From positions 1 through 53,460 of the IMG/VR virus record IMGVR_UViG_3300001534_000001: a stretch of 53,460 bases of DNA. The stretch is one strand, 5' to 3'. This DNA is from a virus. Its lineage: Duplodnaviria; Caudoviricetes. The notes under the pieces are model-generated. The model did not search any database and had not been told where the DNA came from. It saw only the letters and a program-made list of their open reading frames with translations. The position numbers and the translations under genes are program-made. Shown piece by piece: positions 1 to 13,400 of this stretch; the first letter of the stretch is position 1; each line of letters begins with the position of its first letter.

Positions 1-374
1 CCTTTTTTTGCTATAAAAATATTACCGTAAGATCCTATAGTATTCCCAATCTCAAATATATGGTCGTTAGTATTAATGACTGTATTTGACGCTAAATTCC
101 CCCCAAACCCTACCACACTACCTACCTTTACAAGGCCGTTGGTGAAGGTGAGGGTGTCGGTTTTTAGTGCAGCCAATTCAACACTATCAACATCTTGTGT
201 ATAGCCATAAGCTACTCCATGATACGTGTACCATCTATGGGTTATTGGATTGTAATATCTGGTAAATGTTGTAACAGGCCCTACAGTACAACACGGTGTT
301 TGCGCCATTGCCGGCAATGAACACCCGGCCATTAAGGTGATTGCAGCAAGTAAAAGGTTGATTAGTTTTTTCAT
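1..374 (-). CDS. Partial ORF running off the window; signal-peptide-bearing, tail-fibre/adhesin-like protein
   Basis: Not in the ORF track. Manual translation from ATG 374: MKKLINLLLAAITLMAGCSLPAMAQTPCCTVGP...TLTFTNGLVKVGSVVGFGGNLASNTVINT..., open to the window edge. Basic N-terminus, hydrophobic core, AMA-Q cleavage-like site. Confidence 0.65.
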   Translation of the reverse strand, partial: MKKLINLLLAAITLMAGCSLPAMAQTPCCTVGPVTTFTRYYNPITHRWYTYHGVAYGYTQDVDSVELAALKTDTLTFTNGLVKVGSVVGFGGNLASNTVINTNDHIFEIGNTIGSYGNIFIAKK

Positions 375-380
375 ATTTCT

Positions 381-962
381 TTAAGTTGTAGGCTGTACGC
401 CTGATATAAGCACATACCCACTTGTTACCACGCCATAAGCCCATGTTATTGATGTAATACCACTGGCCGGGTTGCCTGGCGTAACGTATGTATAGTCCGG
501 CGCTGTCCCGTTATCCTGTGCAAAACCACCAACGCCATCTGCAACAAATATCTGAACGTATGGTGTATTACCATACGTAGGGTAATAAGTGGCCTGGTAT
601 CCAGCCAATAAAATAACGGTTTGATTATTAAATGGAATAATTGCACTATTAACCTTTGACCCGCCTCCCGAAATAATTATAGTTGTACCTGGAATAATAA
701 CTGAAGGATCAATTGTATAATTTGAATTAAACCCGGCCAATGTTTTAAGAAGACAATTGTACAGGGTGTTGGTATCCGTATCAACTACGTTGGCGTTGAT
801 TTGGAAAGTAAGGCACCTGATAATTCTTTTTAAAGCGGTAATGTTTTTTATCCCAGGCGCGCATTGCCCGTTCTTTTGTAGTATCAGGTTAATCCCCGAT
901 TGCTGAATGGCATAAACCTTAGCACTATTAACGTCCGCAGTAATTTGTCCGATAGTAGCCAT
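381..962 (-). CDS. Hypothetical virion (tail-associated) protein
   Basis: 193-aa ORF, T/G/I-rich C-terminal half, tightly coupled to neighbours downstream of the structural block. Confidence 0.55.
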   Translation of the reverse strand: MATIGQITADVNSAKVYAIQQSGINLILQKNGQCAPGIKNITALKRIIRCLTFQINANVVDTDTNTLYNCLLKTLAGFNSNYTIDPSVIIPGTTIIISGGGSKVNSAIIPFNNQTVILLAGYQATYYPTYGNTPYVQIFVADGVGGFAQDNGTAPDYTYVTPGNPASGITSITWAYGVVTSGYVLISGVQPTT

Positions 963-963
963 A

Positions 964-1455
964 TTAAGGAGTGGTTAATAATTGGTAAGCGGCATTAATG
1001 TTATTTTGATAGTCTGCGGCACCCCCCGTAGGTAACGCAAATTCAACCCCTACAACGTACTTTGTATCCACATCGGCCATATCTATGCGCTGCATATCCC
1101 GGCACCCGCAGGCGTTCTTATTCGCGGAAATGTAAGCTAATTGGAAGTACCTGACAAACCCATACTTCTGTGTTAATGTCAACGTTAGCAGTATTCCTGC
1201 CGATACCGCACTAAACTCTATGCTTATATACGGATTTGTGCCAACAGGAACAGTATAGGTAGCCACATAAACGCCGGTAGCCATTGCAATGGTTGTAATT
1301 GGATTGCCTAAATAATCCGTAAGTATAAAACTCTTTACGAACTGGCTTTCTGTATAGCCCGATGAGTTTCCTACCCAATTACTCAAATCCGTTATGGTGA
1401 CAGTTTTACCATCTCCTGATTGAGTTGCTGAAAATGCTAACGCTAATACTGCCAT
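964..1455 (-). CDS. Hypothetical virion protein (tail hub/ring-like)
   Basis: 163-aa ORF with beta-rich N-terminus and CGC motif; AT-rich promoter-like region upstream; function inferred from position. Confidence 0.5.
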   Translation of the reverse strand: MAVLALAFSATQSGDGKTVTITDLSNWVGNSSGYTESQFVKSFILTDYLGNPITTIAMATGVYVATYTVPVGTNPYISIEFSAVSAGILLTLTLTQKYGFVRYFQLAYISANKNACGCRDMQRIDMADVDTKYVVGVEFALPTGGAADYQNNINAAYQLLTTP

Positions 1456-1491
1456 AACTTAATTTTTGATAAATATAAGTAAAAAAAAATA

Positions 1492-4400
1492 TTATTTATT
1501 TTCATGCTCTTTTTTTATTGTCGTTTCAATAGCATTCGCATTAGCTTTTATTGATTTAGCTTTCTTAGCATCATTTCCATGTGGCGACATTAATTGTGGA
1601 GCGGCAATATTCAATATTGATTTTAAAAACCTACCAGATTCATAGTCTTTCTGGTTGTAATCATCATCCAGCGATCCGCTTATTGGATTAGCCATTTCAA
1701 ACATGGGATTAATACCAAATAAACCCTGGGCAAGATTCTCCGGCATCTGCAATCCCGCAGGTGCTGTTTTTGACTTACGCAGGAATGATGGCTCTACCTG
1801 TCCCCTGAAGTTATGTATGCGGCTTAAATAAGGTGCATCTCCGGTAGTTCCGGTAAATGGTATGGAAACCAACGGGGAAGCCGTGTACTGGCTTAAATAG
1901 GTGTTTACAGCTTGTATTTCTGAAGATTCAATAACCTGGCCAATATTACCACCAAGTTTAGCAGTTTCATATCCTTTATATGCCCCAACAGCTTTTAACC
2001 CGCGATCTGCAACAATATTGGTAAACCCTATACTGAAATCATCCCAACTATTTGTGCGCTTGTTGTAATAAAACTTTTTAATGAAAGCATCTTTTTTCCA
2101 TTCTTCAGGAATGGGTACTTTTAACAGTTTTGCATGCGGATCGTCTGATGGCCACTTGCCGGTTACTTCTTTATGGATAAGCATCCAGTAGCCGATAAGC
2201 CCCAAAATACCACCTGTCATTATTTGCGCCAGCTTGTAATAAATAAACTTCCCGGCTTTTCCTGGATCATCAAATCCGCCGCCTCCTTTACTAAAAGGAT
2301 TATCAATTGGCATCTGTGTCATCATAAGCAAGTTCTTTAACCCAGCGCGATAATATGCCCTGGAGAATGTAGCAAACGGCGCAATCCCATTTTCTTTAAT
2401 AAACTTCTCTAACTTACCCTGCAATGACGATGTGTATTGTCCCATATCGGCAAGCATTTTAACGTACTGTTCAGGAGTGGCGTTCGGATTCATTGCCCGT
2501 ACCAGCCGAAACATTGTTACCCTGGCTTTCAGGTCTATCCCGTTCTTACCGTAAAGCAATGGAGAAAAGTCAAGAAATTTACCCTTGTTAAATACCTTTT
2601 TGAAATTACCGGCAAGCAGGTCCTTCCATGGTAAAGGAAATTGTGTCGGTTCAACTCCCATTGATTTTGCAAACTCATGGCTATAGGTATGTGTCCAGGT
2701 CTTTTCAGGAATTAAACCCATTGCAGCCATTTGCTGAACGTCCTGTGCAAATTCATCTGAAGATGGACTGGTAAATAAAACTTTACCCATGGCTCCGAAT
2801 ATTTTAACAATAGGGTTATTCAGCACTAATCCGGCTGCATGACCTAATATGCCATTCTGATAAGCCCATTCCTGCATATAAGGCATTGAGTTGATAATCC
2901 CCGATAATAAGCGGTATGAGTGACCTACGGCCTCCGCAGGGCCACCCAGCATAAAGTTAACCGTGGCGTTCAATATATGCCCGAACGCGGTATAATGGTC
3001 GTGATCTGAAATATCGCCCTCTATTATCGGTTTAATTTCCTGATACAGCCAATTAGGCACAAGCACATATCTTGTTGGTGTATGAATTATCTGGTTGTTT
3101 GTAATAATGGTCCTGGCATCCGCTACAGGTACTTTGGTAGCTTCGTAGGTTACGCCATTGATTGAAATATATTTGTCGCTGCTATCGCCGGAAACATGCG
3201 CTACTAACCCAGCATCATACAATGCCCTGATTGCGGCAGCTTTATTATTGGTTTTAAATGACGCTGATAGCTTCTTAGCCAGCGCTGATATTTCTGAACT
3301 ATACAAATCAGCGCTCCCTTTTGTAAAATGGTTATTTATATTGGCGGGCTCATTGTATTTTGTCTTTGCAGGCATAACAACCTTATGTGCATCCTTTCCA
3401 ACAGGTGACAATGGATAATAAGTATCAAGCGGCCCCAGCGCATCGCTGAATATACCCTCATTGGTAACGTGACTTTCCCTGAATGGTTTTTCGATTAATT
3501 GCTTGTATTGCTGTAAGGATTCCTGATATTTTGGATTAACAAACGATAAATTACCGGTACCATCCGGCTGCGTCATTTCATCAAACGTTTTCCCGTTGGA
3601 TAACTTACCAAAGAAAGAAACGTTGTCAGCTGCATTATCAAACATCTGGCCAAGGTAATCCCGCGCATCGTCATATTCCTGATTATCCAATAATGCCAGT
3701 ATGCTCTGCGCGGGGTTCTCGTCATCATCGTAGCCTTCCAGGTCTTTTATGATAGAATAAACTGCGGATGATTTGCCAGCGTCAAACAAGTCAGATAATT
3801 CAGTATCATCCATCGCCCTGATATCCCTTGCAAAGTTTTGCCACCGTTCCCGTGTACCGCGTAGCCTGCTTTCCATCAATGCTTCGCGCAATACTTTATA
3901 ACCATCTTCGCCGATCAGTTTATTTATTTTATCATTGGATAGTTTAATATTAACATTAGCTTCTGATTTTGAAGCAGCAAAATGAAGCATAGCGCGGAAT
4001 GCCGTCATATCGGTCATATCTTTGCCATAGAATTTAAGTTGCTCAAGGTTACGCACATGAACATCTTTTAACTTGCCCCATAGGCTATAATTCTTTTTAA
4101 CACCATCTGGTTCATCCGGGCTTTCTGATTCCGGCGCATCGATCAACTCCATTGGTATCTTTTCCTTTTTGGGTATCCGACGATTTGGCTCACCATCTTC
4201 CCCCCCGGTAGTTACGGGCGGAGTAACCGGAGGTTTTGGCGGAGGAATAGCGCCGCTTAAATCTGAACTCAACACACCATCCGGGTCCGCAGCCATTACT
4301 GCGGCCACTTCGATGTATTTATGCAATTGCTTTTTGCTTAGGCCAATCAAAGGCAATTTTGCAAATGTTTTTTCATCCGGCGAACTGGCTTTTATTTTTG

Positions 4401-7400
4401 ACTGCAATTCTATGGCCGCTTTCACCAGGTTGGCTTCAGTATCAGTATCGTTGGTATCCGGCGCAGTATGCCTTTGAGGAATAGTAGTTTTTGCCAGCAT
4501 TTCATTAATACTCTGCTCAAAGTCGCTTGCCTGTGCAGTATCGCCGCCCCTATCAATGATATACTTTACTGCTATTCTAACTGCCTTCTGTGTACTGTTG
4601 GTTGCTTTAACCACGTTCTTCAGTATATCAATTGCCCCGTTCCATACAGCCGGAGGTATTGGTACAAGCAACCCCATCATTTGACCACCAGGTTTAGCCT
4701 TTAGCTTATCCATAGCGTCCAGTATCGGCTTAACGTTGCTTTGGTCTAATATTTCATCAATGGCAGGAAGCCGCTCATTTTCGCTTTTTTCTTTTTCAAC
4801 CCCTTCTTCAATCATTAACCCTTTTAAAGTTTCAGACCGTACTTCAAGTTCTTTTAAATGGGTATCGTCGAATTTTTGATCAATATCATGACCAAGTTGC
4901 TCGATATTATTTGTGTTTTGGGATATAAGCGCTTTTGTCTTACCAGGCTTTTCAATAACATCTTCCAATTTTGAACGTAGTGACGATAACAAGCCAACAC
5001 CCTTACCACTCGGAACGGCTATACCTTTGCCTGTATAATAAGGATCTTTTATTCCGAGATCCAGTATGGTATATTCAAGTACCGAACCGCCTAATCCCTC
5101 ATGTAATGACAGTTGAACAGGGACACCGTTTATCTTTATTTCACCAGTGGAATATTTGGTAGGACTTTCCTCATACTTTTTATTCAGCCGGTCTAAATAA
5201 CCATCAACAGCAGCAGGGAACTTTTCGGTAGCTTCCGGCTGGCCACTAACCTCTACTTTCAATATTTCTCCATCAGGGAATGATTTTTCTACTTTGGCTG
5301 CATTAAACTCGTCCTTATTTAAAGCGGCTTTATTGCGGTTCAAATTAGACTGCGCTGATTGTAAGTCGCGTTTCGCCTGGATAACCCTGCCAAAGAAAAT
5401 ATCCTTTTTAGTTTTTTCTCTTTTTATGTTAGCGTCTGTTTTTATTTTTTCAATGGCATATTTGCTCCCGGATAGCCTGGCCATCATTTCATCAAAGGTC
5501 GGCACATCTTCGCCGGCCGCATCATCAATAACGCGCTCAACTGTCCCGGTAGTCATAAGTTGCTTGATGAACTTCTCTTTATTCATCAGAACATTATATG
5601 CCATCGCATCTGCGGTGCCTTCCATGCCGTTGTTTGAAACCTCAACTATTTTATTTTCATTACCAGGCCTTAAAATACGTCCCTCCCTCTGAACCATATC
5701 CGAAGGACGGTTGGGAACGTCAAGATGATGTTCGGCGACTAAGTGTTTTTGAGCATTTACACCTACTCCCATTTTTTCGGTACTCCCAAACACTACACGT
5801 ACCAACCCCTCGTTTACCGCTTCAAACAATGCTTGTTTACGTTCCTGTTTATCATATTTAGGGTCGGTAGCAATAGCTATCTCATTTTCAGGAATCCCGG
5901 CAGCGATTAACTTCTTCTTCATATCCTCAAAAAGATGAAACTGTTTTTTACCGTATGCCGGATTTAAAAACTCCTCATTTTCATCAAGATATTGCCGTTC
6001 GCCTGTCATGCTATTTTGACGATCTGAAAATATCATCTGCGTACCTTTAATAGCTTTGGTATCTGCGTGTTTCTTTACAATTACCTTAATAAGATTATTA
6101 ACCTTACTGTCGGGATGGTCCTGCGCCTCCGGGTTGTACATACGCGGATCAATACTGGCAACCTTAGCGTGCCCATAAAGCACCACCGGGATACTTCTGT
6201 TCCGGCCTAACCGTTTTTCTTGCGAAGATAGATTGCCCCAGGCTTTTAATTGCCTTACGATGCTATCTAAAATTTCCTTTACTGGCGGTGTAAGCGGGAT
6301 TATGTTTTTAGTCTTCTCGCCGTTTAACAATTTAGGAACAGAACCACTGTCGGTTATTTCCTTAACATCATCTTTTAAAACCACATGAGCAATCGACCTG
6401 AAGGCGGTCAATAGTTCAGGAGCATTCTTAAAGCTACGGAACCTGTTTACGTTTTTAAAAGAACCGGTAGCATTAAATTCAATATCATTTGCTATAACGC
6501 CAAATGTATTTACAAACTGGTCAAAATGCGTTATGCCTAATCGCTCAACTAATTCCGGCCTGATAAACCGCATCCATGTCCATACTTCGGCCATGGTATT
6601 GGTGATCGGGGTACCGGTGAAGAAGTTTACATTTTTACCGCCTGTCTTTTCCTGAATATGCCGGGTTTTAAGATAAAGCGATTGAGCCCTCTTTGATGCT
6701 GTCTGGTCAATTCCCTTTATGTTTTGTAGCGAAGTGGTTAGGCCAAGTTTTTTGTAGGCATGGCAATTTGATACTAAGATGCCAGCGGCGAAGTAATTAT
6801 GGTTGTCGGCAACTGTAAGGTCATAAACTCGGTCACTTGGCGAATTACTAAATCCAAATCCTGCGTCACTTGCTCGTTCGTAAACCTCAATACCTTCCAC
6901 CCTAACGCATTCAAAATTTCCGTTTTCCGCCTGTCCAAAAACTTCCATTTCTTCAACCTGTGTGTTTTCCCGTCTACCTCTATAGCTATCATCAGATCGG
7001 GCATACCAATATCCACCTTGTAATGATTTGGCAACGATGGGAATTGTCCCCATACAGGCCTCGTCGCTATCCCCCACTCCATATTGTCCTCCGGCAATCC
7101 CAATGCTTTGCATAGGGTAATTTGCTGCGGGGTTAAAGTCCCATTGCCTCCCCTTGACAAAAATGTTTTCCCCTGCATACTGGCTTTCATTTTTGCTACA
7201 GATTTCGGGTTGCTCATTGGATTGTTTAATTTCATTCTGGCTGACGAACTTGGACTTGGTATCCCCAAAGACTTTTTCCCCAACCAAATTCCGTGAAGTC
7301 TCTTTTGCTCTTGAATATGTGGCAAACTGTTCCGATACTTCGCTGCACAATGTCCCGAACAAAATCTTTTCGACCGTACTTTTACTGGATTTATTTTGCA

Positions 7401-10400
7401 CCATTCGCATATCGGCATTGGATTCAGATTTCTCCCTGTTGGATTGTCCTGTGTGACTTGGGTTGCTTTGTATAGAGACGCACATCTCGTGCTGCAAAAT
7501 ACATACTTCTCCTTTTTGACCGGGACTTTCTGACACCACCTGCAAAGTGGTAAATATAATTCTGTCGTTATTGGTGAGGTCTTTTGCTCGGATGTATCCA
7601 TTTTCGGTTAATATATGGTGGTTGGACGTACATACAAAAGTACCGTATTTATGCCTCACTTTCAACATTTTATTTACAATTGGTTTCCTCAGCCAATTGG
7701 TTATTCTTTTTGTCTCATACGTCCCCGATAATACATTATAGCTTAATACTTGCAAGTCTAATTTTTGCTCAACTATCAGCCCTATTGGTAACCAACCTTT
7801 GGTTGTTAAGACCGGGGTTTCGTAAGGGAAACACTCGTCTAAGATTAAGTTATCAATCCCCATGTCCTCAAAATGCAAGGCCGACCTATCAGTATGACGA
7901 TTTAGCAACCTTTCCATTTTAGCTTCTGTACTCAAAGCCTTTTTAGCCTCATTCTTTACATTTTTACCCTTCTTTTCAATATACTCACCCTTTGCGTTCA
8001 TTTTAAGCGCATCCGGATCATCCACCAGGCGCATCTCGTGATCAAGGTCACGTAGCTTGCTTTCGATAGCTTTTTTATCGGCGCCATTATCAGCCTCGTC
8101 GATGGATTTTTGAAGATTATCTATTTTTTCCTGAATATATGCCTTGCGCCGCTCCGGCTTATCAGGGATCATATCAAATTGAGAATGCGGCATGATGATA
8201 GCATCCCAATCCTGCGTAGAAATTTTCGCATAAAGTTTAGCCCTGTTCTCTGCGGAGAAATCTGCTTCGGATGGCGCCAGTATTTTAGCCGTAGGATACA
8301 TTCTGCGGAAACTGGTAACATATTGCCCCAGCGTTGCTTTCTGTACCACCACCATCGTCTTTTTAGCCAATCCAAGCCTTTTAGCTTCCATGGCCAGGAT
8401 GTGCTGCACGAAGCTCTTACCGAAGCCAACCTCTTGCGCTCCGAGCGTACTTTCAGCAAGCCCCCTGGCTACTGATCTCTTTTGCTCATCGTATAAACTG
8501 ATTGTTTTAGACTGCCCCGGATAATAATCAATATTAGGTGTCTGCCAATTTCGCTCAACAAAATTGTTGTAGATTTTATTATATATCGGTTCGGTAATAT
8601 CCTGTGCCTCTTTATTTGACCGCATGAAAGTCACAAACTCATCCTCGATCTGCGCTTGCCTTTCCCTTGCTTCTTCAGTTGCATGAGCATCAATACCACC
8701 GCCGTCTGCTTTTGGCATACTAACGGTTGTCTGAATGTTATTTAAAGCGTTTTCTAACAGCCGTACACCATCAACACCACCACCTGCATAGGTGGTTCTA
8801 TTCCTTGAATCATGCAGGCCATAACTTGAAGCAATATCCCATTTAGCAAGGGCCTCTTTATATTTTATTGTTGAATCAACTCCTAAAAGTGATTTAACAA
8901 AATCTTCATAAATAGCAGGGGGAACCCAGGTTGAACCAAGTGAATATTGAATAAGTGATGCTGGTATATCTTTTGGAATAACTTTTTCAAGTTCAGCTAC
9001 GTTCCTATTAAACTTTTCATCAGTTTCAACAGCCGCTTTAGCCTGATCCAGTTTGTCACGCACATAGCCAGACAAGTATTCTTCCGGGCTTTCCAATAAA
9101 CCTGTATTCGGATTTTCAAAGGCAAGGTTTTCGTTTATTAACGTATTTTTAACATCAGCTACCGGCTGACCTAACAGTTTTGAAATATAATTCAGGTCAA
9201 GGCCGTTTCTGTAATTAAATGAAATATTTATAGCATCCTTAATATTTTCTGCTGCATCCGGTTCGGTACGGGGAAAGTTTATCCGCTTTTTAAATAATGC
9301 TGATTTTTTTATTTCGGTAACTTTTTTACCACCTCCCTTACCATCATCTACAAATTTATCCTTTGCTTCCTCTAACGATTGAACCAAAGGATAGTCAACG
9401 TCATCTTCAAGAAACTTTATTGCCCTATTTTTATGCAGGGCTTTATTCTTTTCAACAAAAGCATCGTATTCTTTATTTAATTCTTTTCGGAGGGCCTCAA
9501 TATTAGCTTCTGCATTTACCGGAGATAATTCCTGCTTGATCAATTCAAGCAACGTGGTTTTAAGTGCGATATATGCTTTGGCTATTTTTACCTCGGCAGG
9601 CTTTTCATTATACTTAGCTACTCCCTCACCATCCCTCACCATATAAATCTTACCGCCCTTTTCAAACATGCTGCCCTCTTTTTTGTCAATGGCCTCTACA
9701 GTTTCCTCAACAGGCTTTTCAACCTGTGCTGATTGTTCCTGCTGCATAATATCAGATGGGAAAGACTTGATAGCTTTATTTAAGTTTGAGATAACGTTGT
9801 ACCCCGATGGCGCATGTAACGTGGCATCCTTACCTCCATATAAGCCGCCTGATCCAGCTTCATCGGCTGTCATCATCTTACCAAGCATATTTTCAGGATG
9901 CTGATGATAATATTCATTTACATTTATAGGTACCTGGTTGCCCTCTTTATCAAAATGCTTTTCTTCTATTGGATAGGTGTACCTAAACTCATTCTCCAGT
10001 GGATTAATTTTATTATTATCCCGTTTACGGAATACTACAATATCAGTCGTAACCTGTGTGCCTGCGTTCTCTGAAAATGCGTTATTTGGTAGCCTCACAG
10101 CCCCCACAAGCACGCTATTGCCACCGTCCGGGCTTGACATCCATTCGCGGAATTTTGGGTCGCCATCAAGCGTGCTTTTCGATGTGATAACCATTGCAAC
10201 ACCGCCAGGCTTTAACAACCGCATACTTTTACCGATAAAGTAATTGTGCATGTTGAATTTGGAGATGTCAGGATAGTTTTTATCGAATGGCGCTTTCTGT
10301 GCAAATGGCACATTACCGATAACAAGGTCCTGGCTATTGGGCTGCACGTTTGATTTTTCAAAACCTGACACGGTTATCTTAGCTTCCGGGTAAAGTTTTT

Positions 10401-13400
10401 TAAGCATACGCCCGGTGATACTGTCGAGCTCATAGCCGGTTAGCTTTGTGCTGTCACGCAGGTCTTTCGGCATCAGGCCAAAGAAGTTTCCTATACCGGC
10501 AGATGTTTCCAGCGTATTCCCACCTTTAAAGCCCAACTGCTTTGCCAGTTCCCACATTTTATTGATAACCTGGCGTTCGGTATAGTTCGCGTTGATAGTT
10601 GAGTTTTTAGCCGCATTCAATTCATCATTGGTAAACAATGAGCTAACCAATGATTTGCGCACTTCATCTATACCGATTGGATAACCTGAATTATTTAGCT
10701 TATTCTTTATCTCATTGGCAAGTTCGCTGAATGAGGAATAAGAAGGTGCGTTAATGGGCCCGTCTTTTGAAAAGTCCAAAATTTTATTATCCCACCGGTT
10801 AAGGCGCACCACTTCGCGCTTCCCGGCTATGGCCGCATTTACAGCCTGCTCATTGGAGTATTCACCGCCTTTAAGGTATTCAGCCAAGCCCCCCCACCCG
10901 ACAAATTGTGCCAGTACCTTCTTTTCTTCCGGGGATGGGTTACGGTCTTCACTTTCCAGTTTTTTAAGCAGGAAAATGGCATCCATGTTTTTGTTGAACT
11001 TTTCAATAGGGGAGCCTTCACCTATTTCATCATCCTGCCGGATATAGTGATTTTGATCTTCAGGCTTTAAACTACGCTTTTCAGTATTTTTTGGTACTCC
11101 TGATCCGGCATTTTTGGAACGTCCTCCCTGTCTGTCAGGTCCACTTCCGGTGCCAGCAGGGCTTCCGTTATCATCGCTTCCACCTGGTCGTACTTCAGGG
11201 ACGGTTTGTTTTCCATGATCTGCATTTCCATTTTCACCGCTGTTGTTGTCAGGTCGTCCAGGTACTTCTTCAGTTTGTTTTCCTGGTACAGCATTTGCAG
11301 CCTTTCCGGGTAATTGTCCCGCAGGAATTGAAGGTGTATTTCCTTCCACTCGCTGTCGTTCATTGTCTGTTCCATTTTCTTTCTTGGTTATATAATCCTC
11401 AAATTTTGCTTTACGTACTTCTTTGAGGTTGGTCATGGCCTCTATTTCTTCATCGGTAGCATCTGCGCTGGTGGCAAATGCTCCGTATGCGGCTTTTAAT
11501 CCATCAAAAACTTCGCCAGCTTTTTCACCGAGATCTTCGTACAGGTCTTTAACTATCTCTCCAAAGTCGTGTATGCCTATTTTAGCGTAGATGGCCAGTA
11601 GTTTGATACCTTTCTCAATGGTTTCTGGATTAATGCCGGACATGGCCTTATTGAAGGTGTCCATAAAGGCTTTCTTTGCCTTTTTAAGCTCATCTTCGTA
11701 TTGGGCACGCTTGGACTGCTTTTCGGACTTCGGTTCTTCTTTTGGCTGCTCCGGTTCAGGAGCCTTTTCATCGGTAGTTTTAAAATCATCCTCGCGTGGC
11801 TGTAATCCAACCGTTACGCCTTGCCGGGTCGGGATGATATTTACTTTTTCCTGACTGAATATGCCATTACCCTCATCTTTAGCGCGAACACCATGCTCAT
11901 TTTCGTACAAATCCTTTCCTGCGGCATTTGTACCGACATGGGTATAAGGTGTGCGGTCTTTACCAAGCGTAATAACAGAGGGCGATTCTTTTGATGGTTG
12001 CGGTAACCCGGCATTAGCCAGTTCTTTGTCAACTTCATCAATAGATGCGTCTATTTCATTAATGACCCCTGCTGACTTGGCACTTCCTCTTGTTGTAGCC
12101 TTTGCTTTTCCAACTGTAACTGTCGCTTTAGCGATAACAGCTTCAGTATTTTCGGTATCGGTGTTTTCACCTTCGGGTTTGATTGTTCCTCGTGGGGATT
12201 TAAGGCCAGATTCATAAGATTGATCTATTTTTGCCTGCAACTCTGCTGGCGTTAGTTTTGATAAATTACGTTTATATGCTTCAATAGCATCTTCTTTGGT
12301 TTTTCCTTTTCCTAAAGATAGTCCGGTAGAACCCTCTGTGACACCATATCCGTCAGTACCATGAAGTTTATGAGTAAAAACATCTAATTTATAGTTGTTT
12401 TTTAAATTCAATGGTTCACCCTCTACCTGAACATATTCAGGTTTTTCGGCAGTCCCCATGGAAACATAGTACGGATTTTCGGCTACTTTTTGGTCATTAC
12501 CTTGTACTTGCCCGGCTTCATTTTTGGCTGCACTTTCTCCGGCAGGGACTTCTGATCGGTTTTCGCTGCCCAATCCTTCGCCCATGGCTGATGATTCGCG
12601 AATGCCCACTTTTCCTGTGCTTTGCTCTGAAATGGCATTTGTTGGTTCCTCCTTATTTGTTAATGTATAAAAATATTCTTTAGCCCTGAACGGAACTTTC
12701 CAACCGCTTTCCCTGGCATCAAGCTGTAATTGTCCGTTCTTATCAATTTGCCTAATCGTAGCAATATCTTGGCCTGTTTGACTTTTTGCAGTGATTAATG
12801 CAATATTGTTCCCGTCTTTATCAACATGCTGATCAAATATTTTAGCTGTCCCCTTTTTTATTGGCTCTATCGATTGATCGGGAGATAAAAATTTATTAAC
12901 ATCAGTTGTTTCGGTTTCTGCAACTACCGGCTTATTTTCAACAGTTTTATTAACTGGCGCAATAGCTTTTCCCGCGCCTGCTGTTTCATCTGCCGGTTGT
13001 TGAGCAGATATCTCCGTATTTGTTTTGGCTTGTTCATTTTTAGGTATAGTTGCTTTGATTATTCTATCAGGATTAGCGGCCACAACCTCGTCCAGCTTTT
13101 CAGCGTTGGTTTGGGCTGGTGCCTGCTGCTGTTTAAACGCATCCAGTTCATTATCCAGGTCATCAAGCTGTGAAGCATCAACCGCTGGTGATGCAGCTAC
13201 AGGCGCAGGTGGATTAGGCTGTACTGATTCAGCAGGCGCAGCTATTTGAGCGGCTCGTTTCTTTTCCTGTTCTTTCTCGTAATCTTCAAGATCAGCCCTG
13301 TCCTTTGTTATCTCAATCGGTTCCTCGCCGTTCTGCTGCTTCCAAAACTTACCTTCCTTCTCAAAATAACGGAATGACTTATCTGTAGCCAATTCGGTCA

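Noticed and set aside
10839-12041. Other +1-frame ORFs inside the giant gene (10839-11021, 11577-11810, 11841-12041)
   Set aside because: Composition looks like frame shadow (M/K/L/R-rich, no motif), starts are weak, and they partly overlap regions where the host frame is clearly protein-like.
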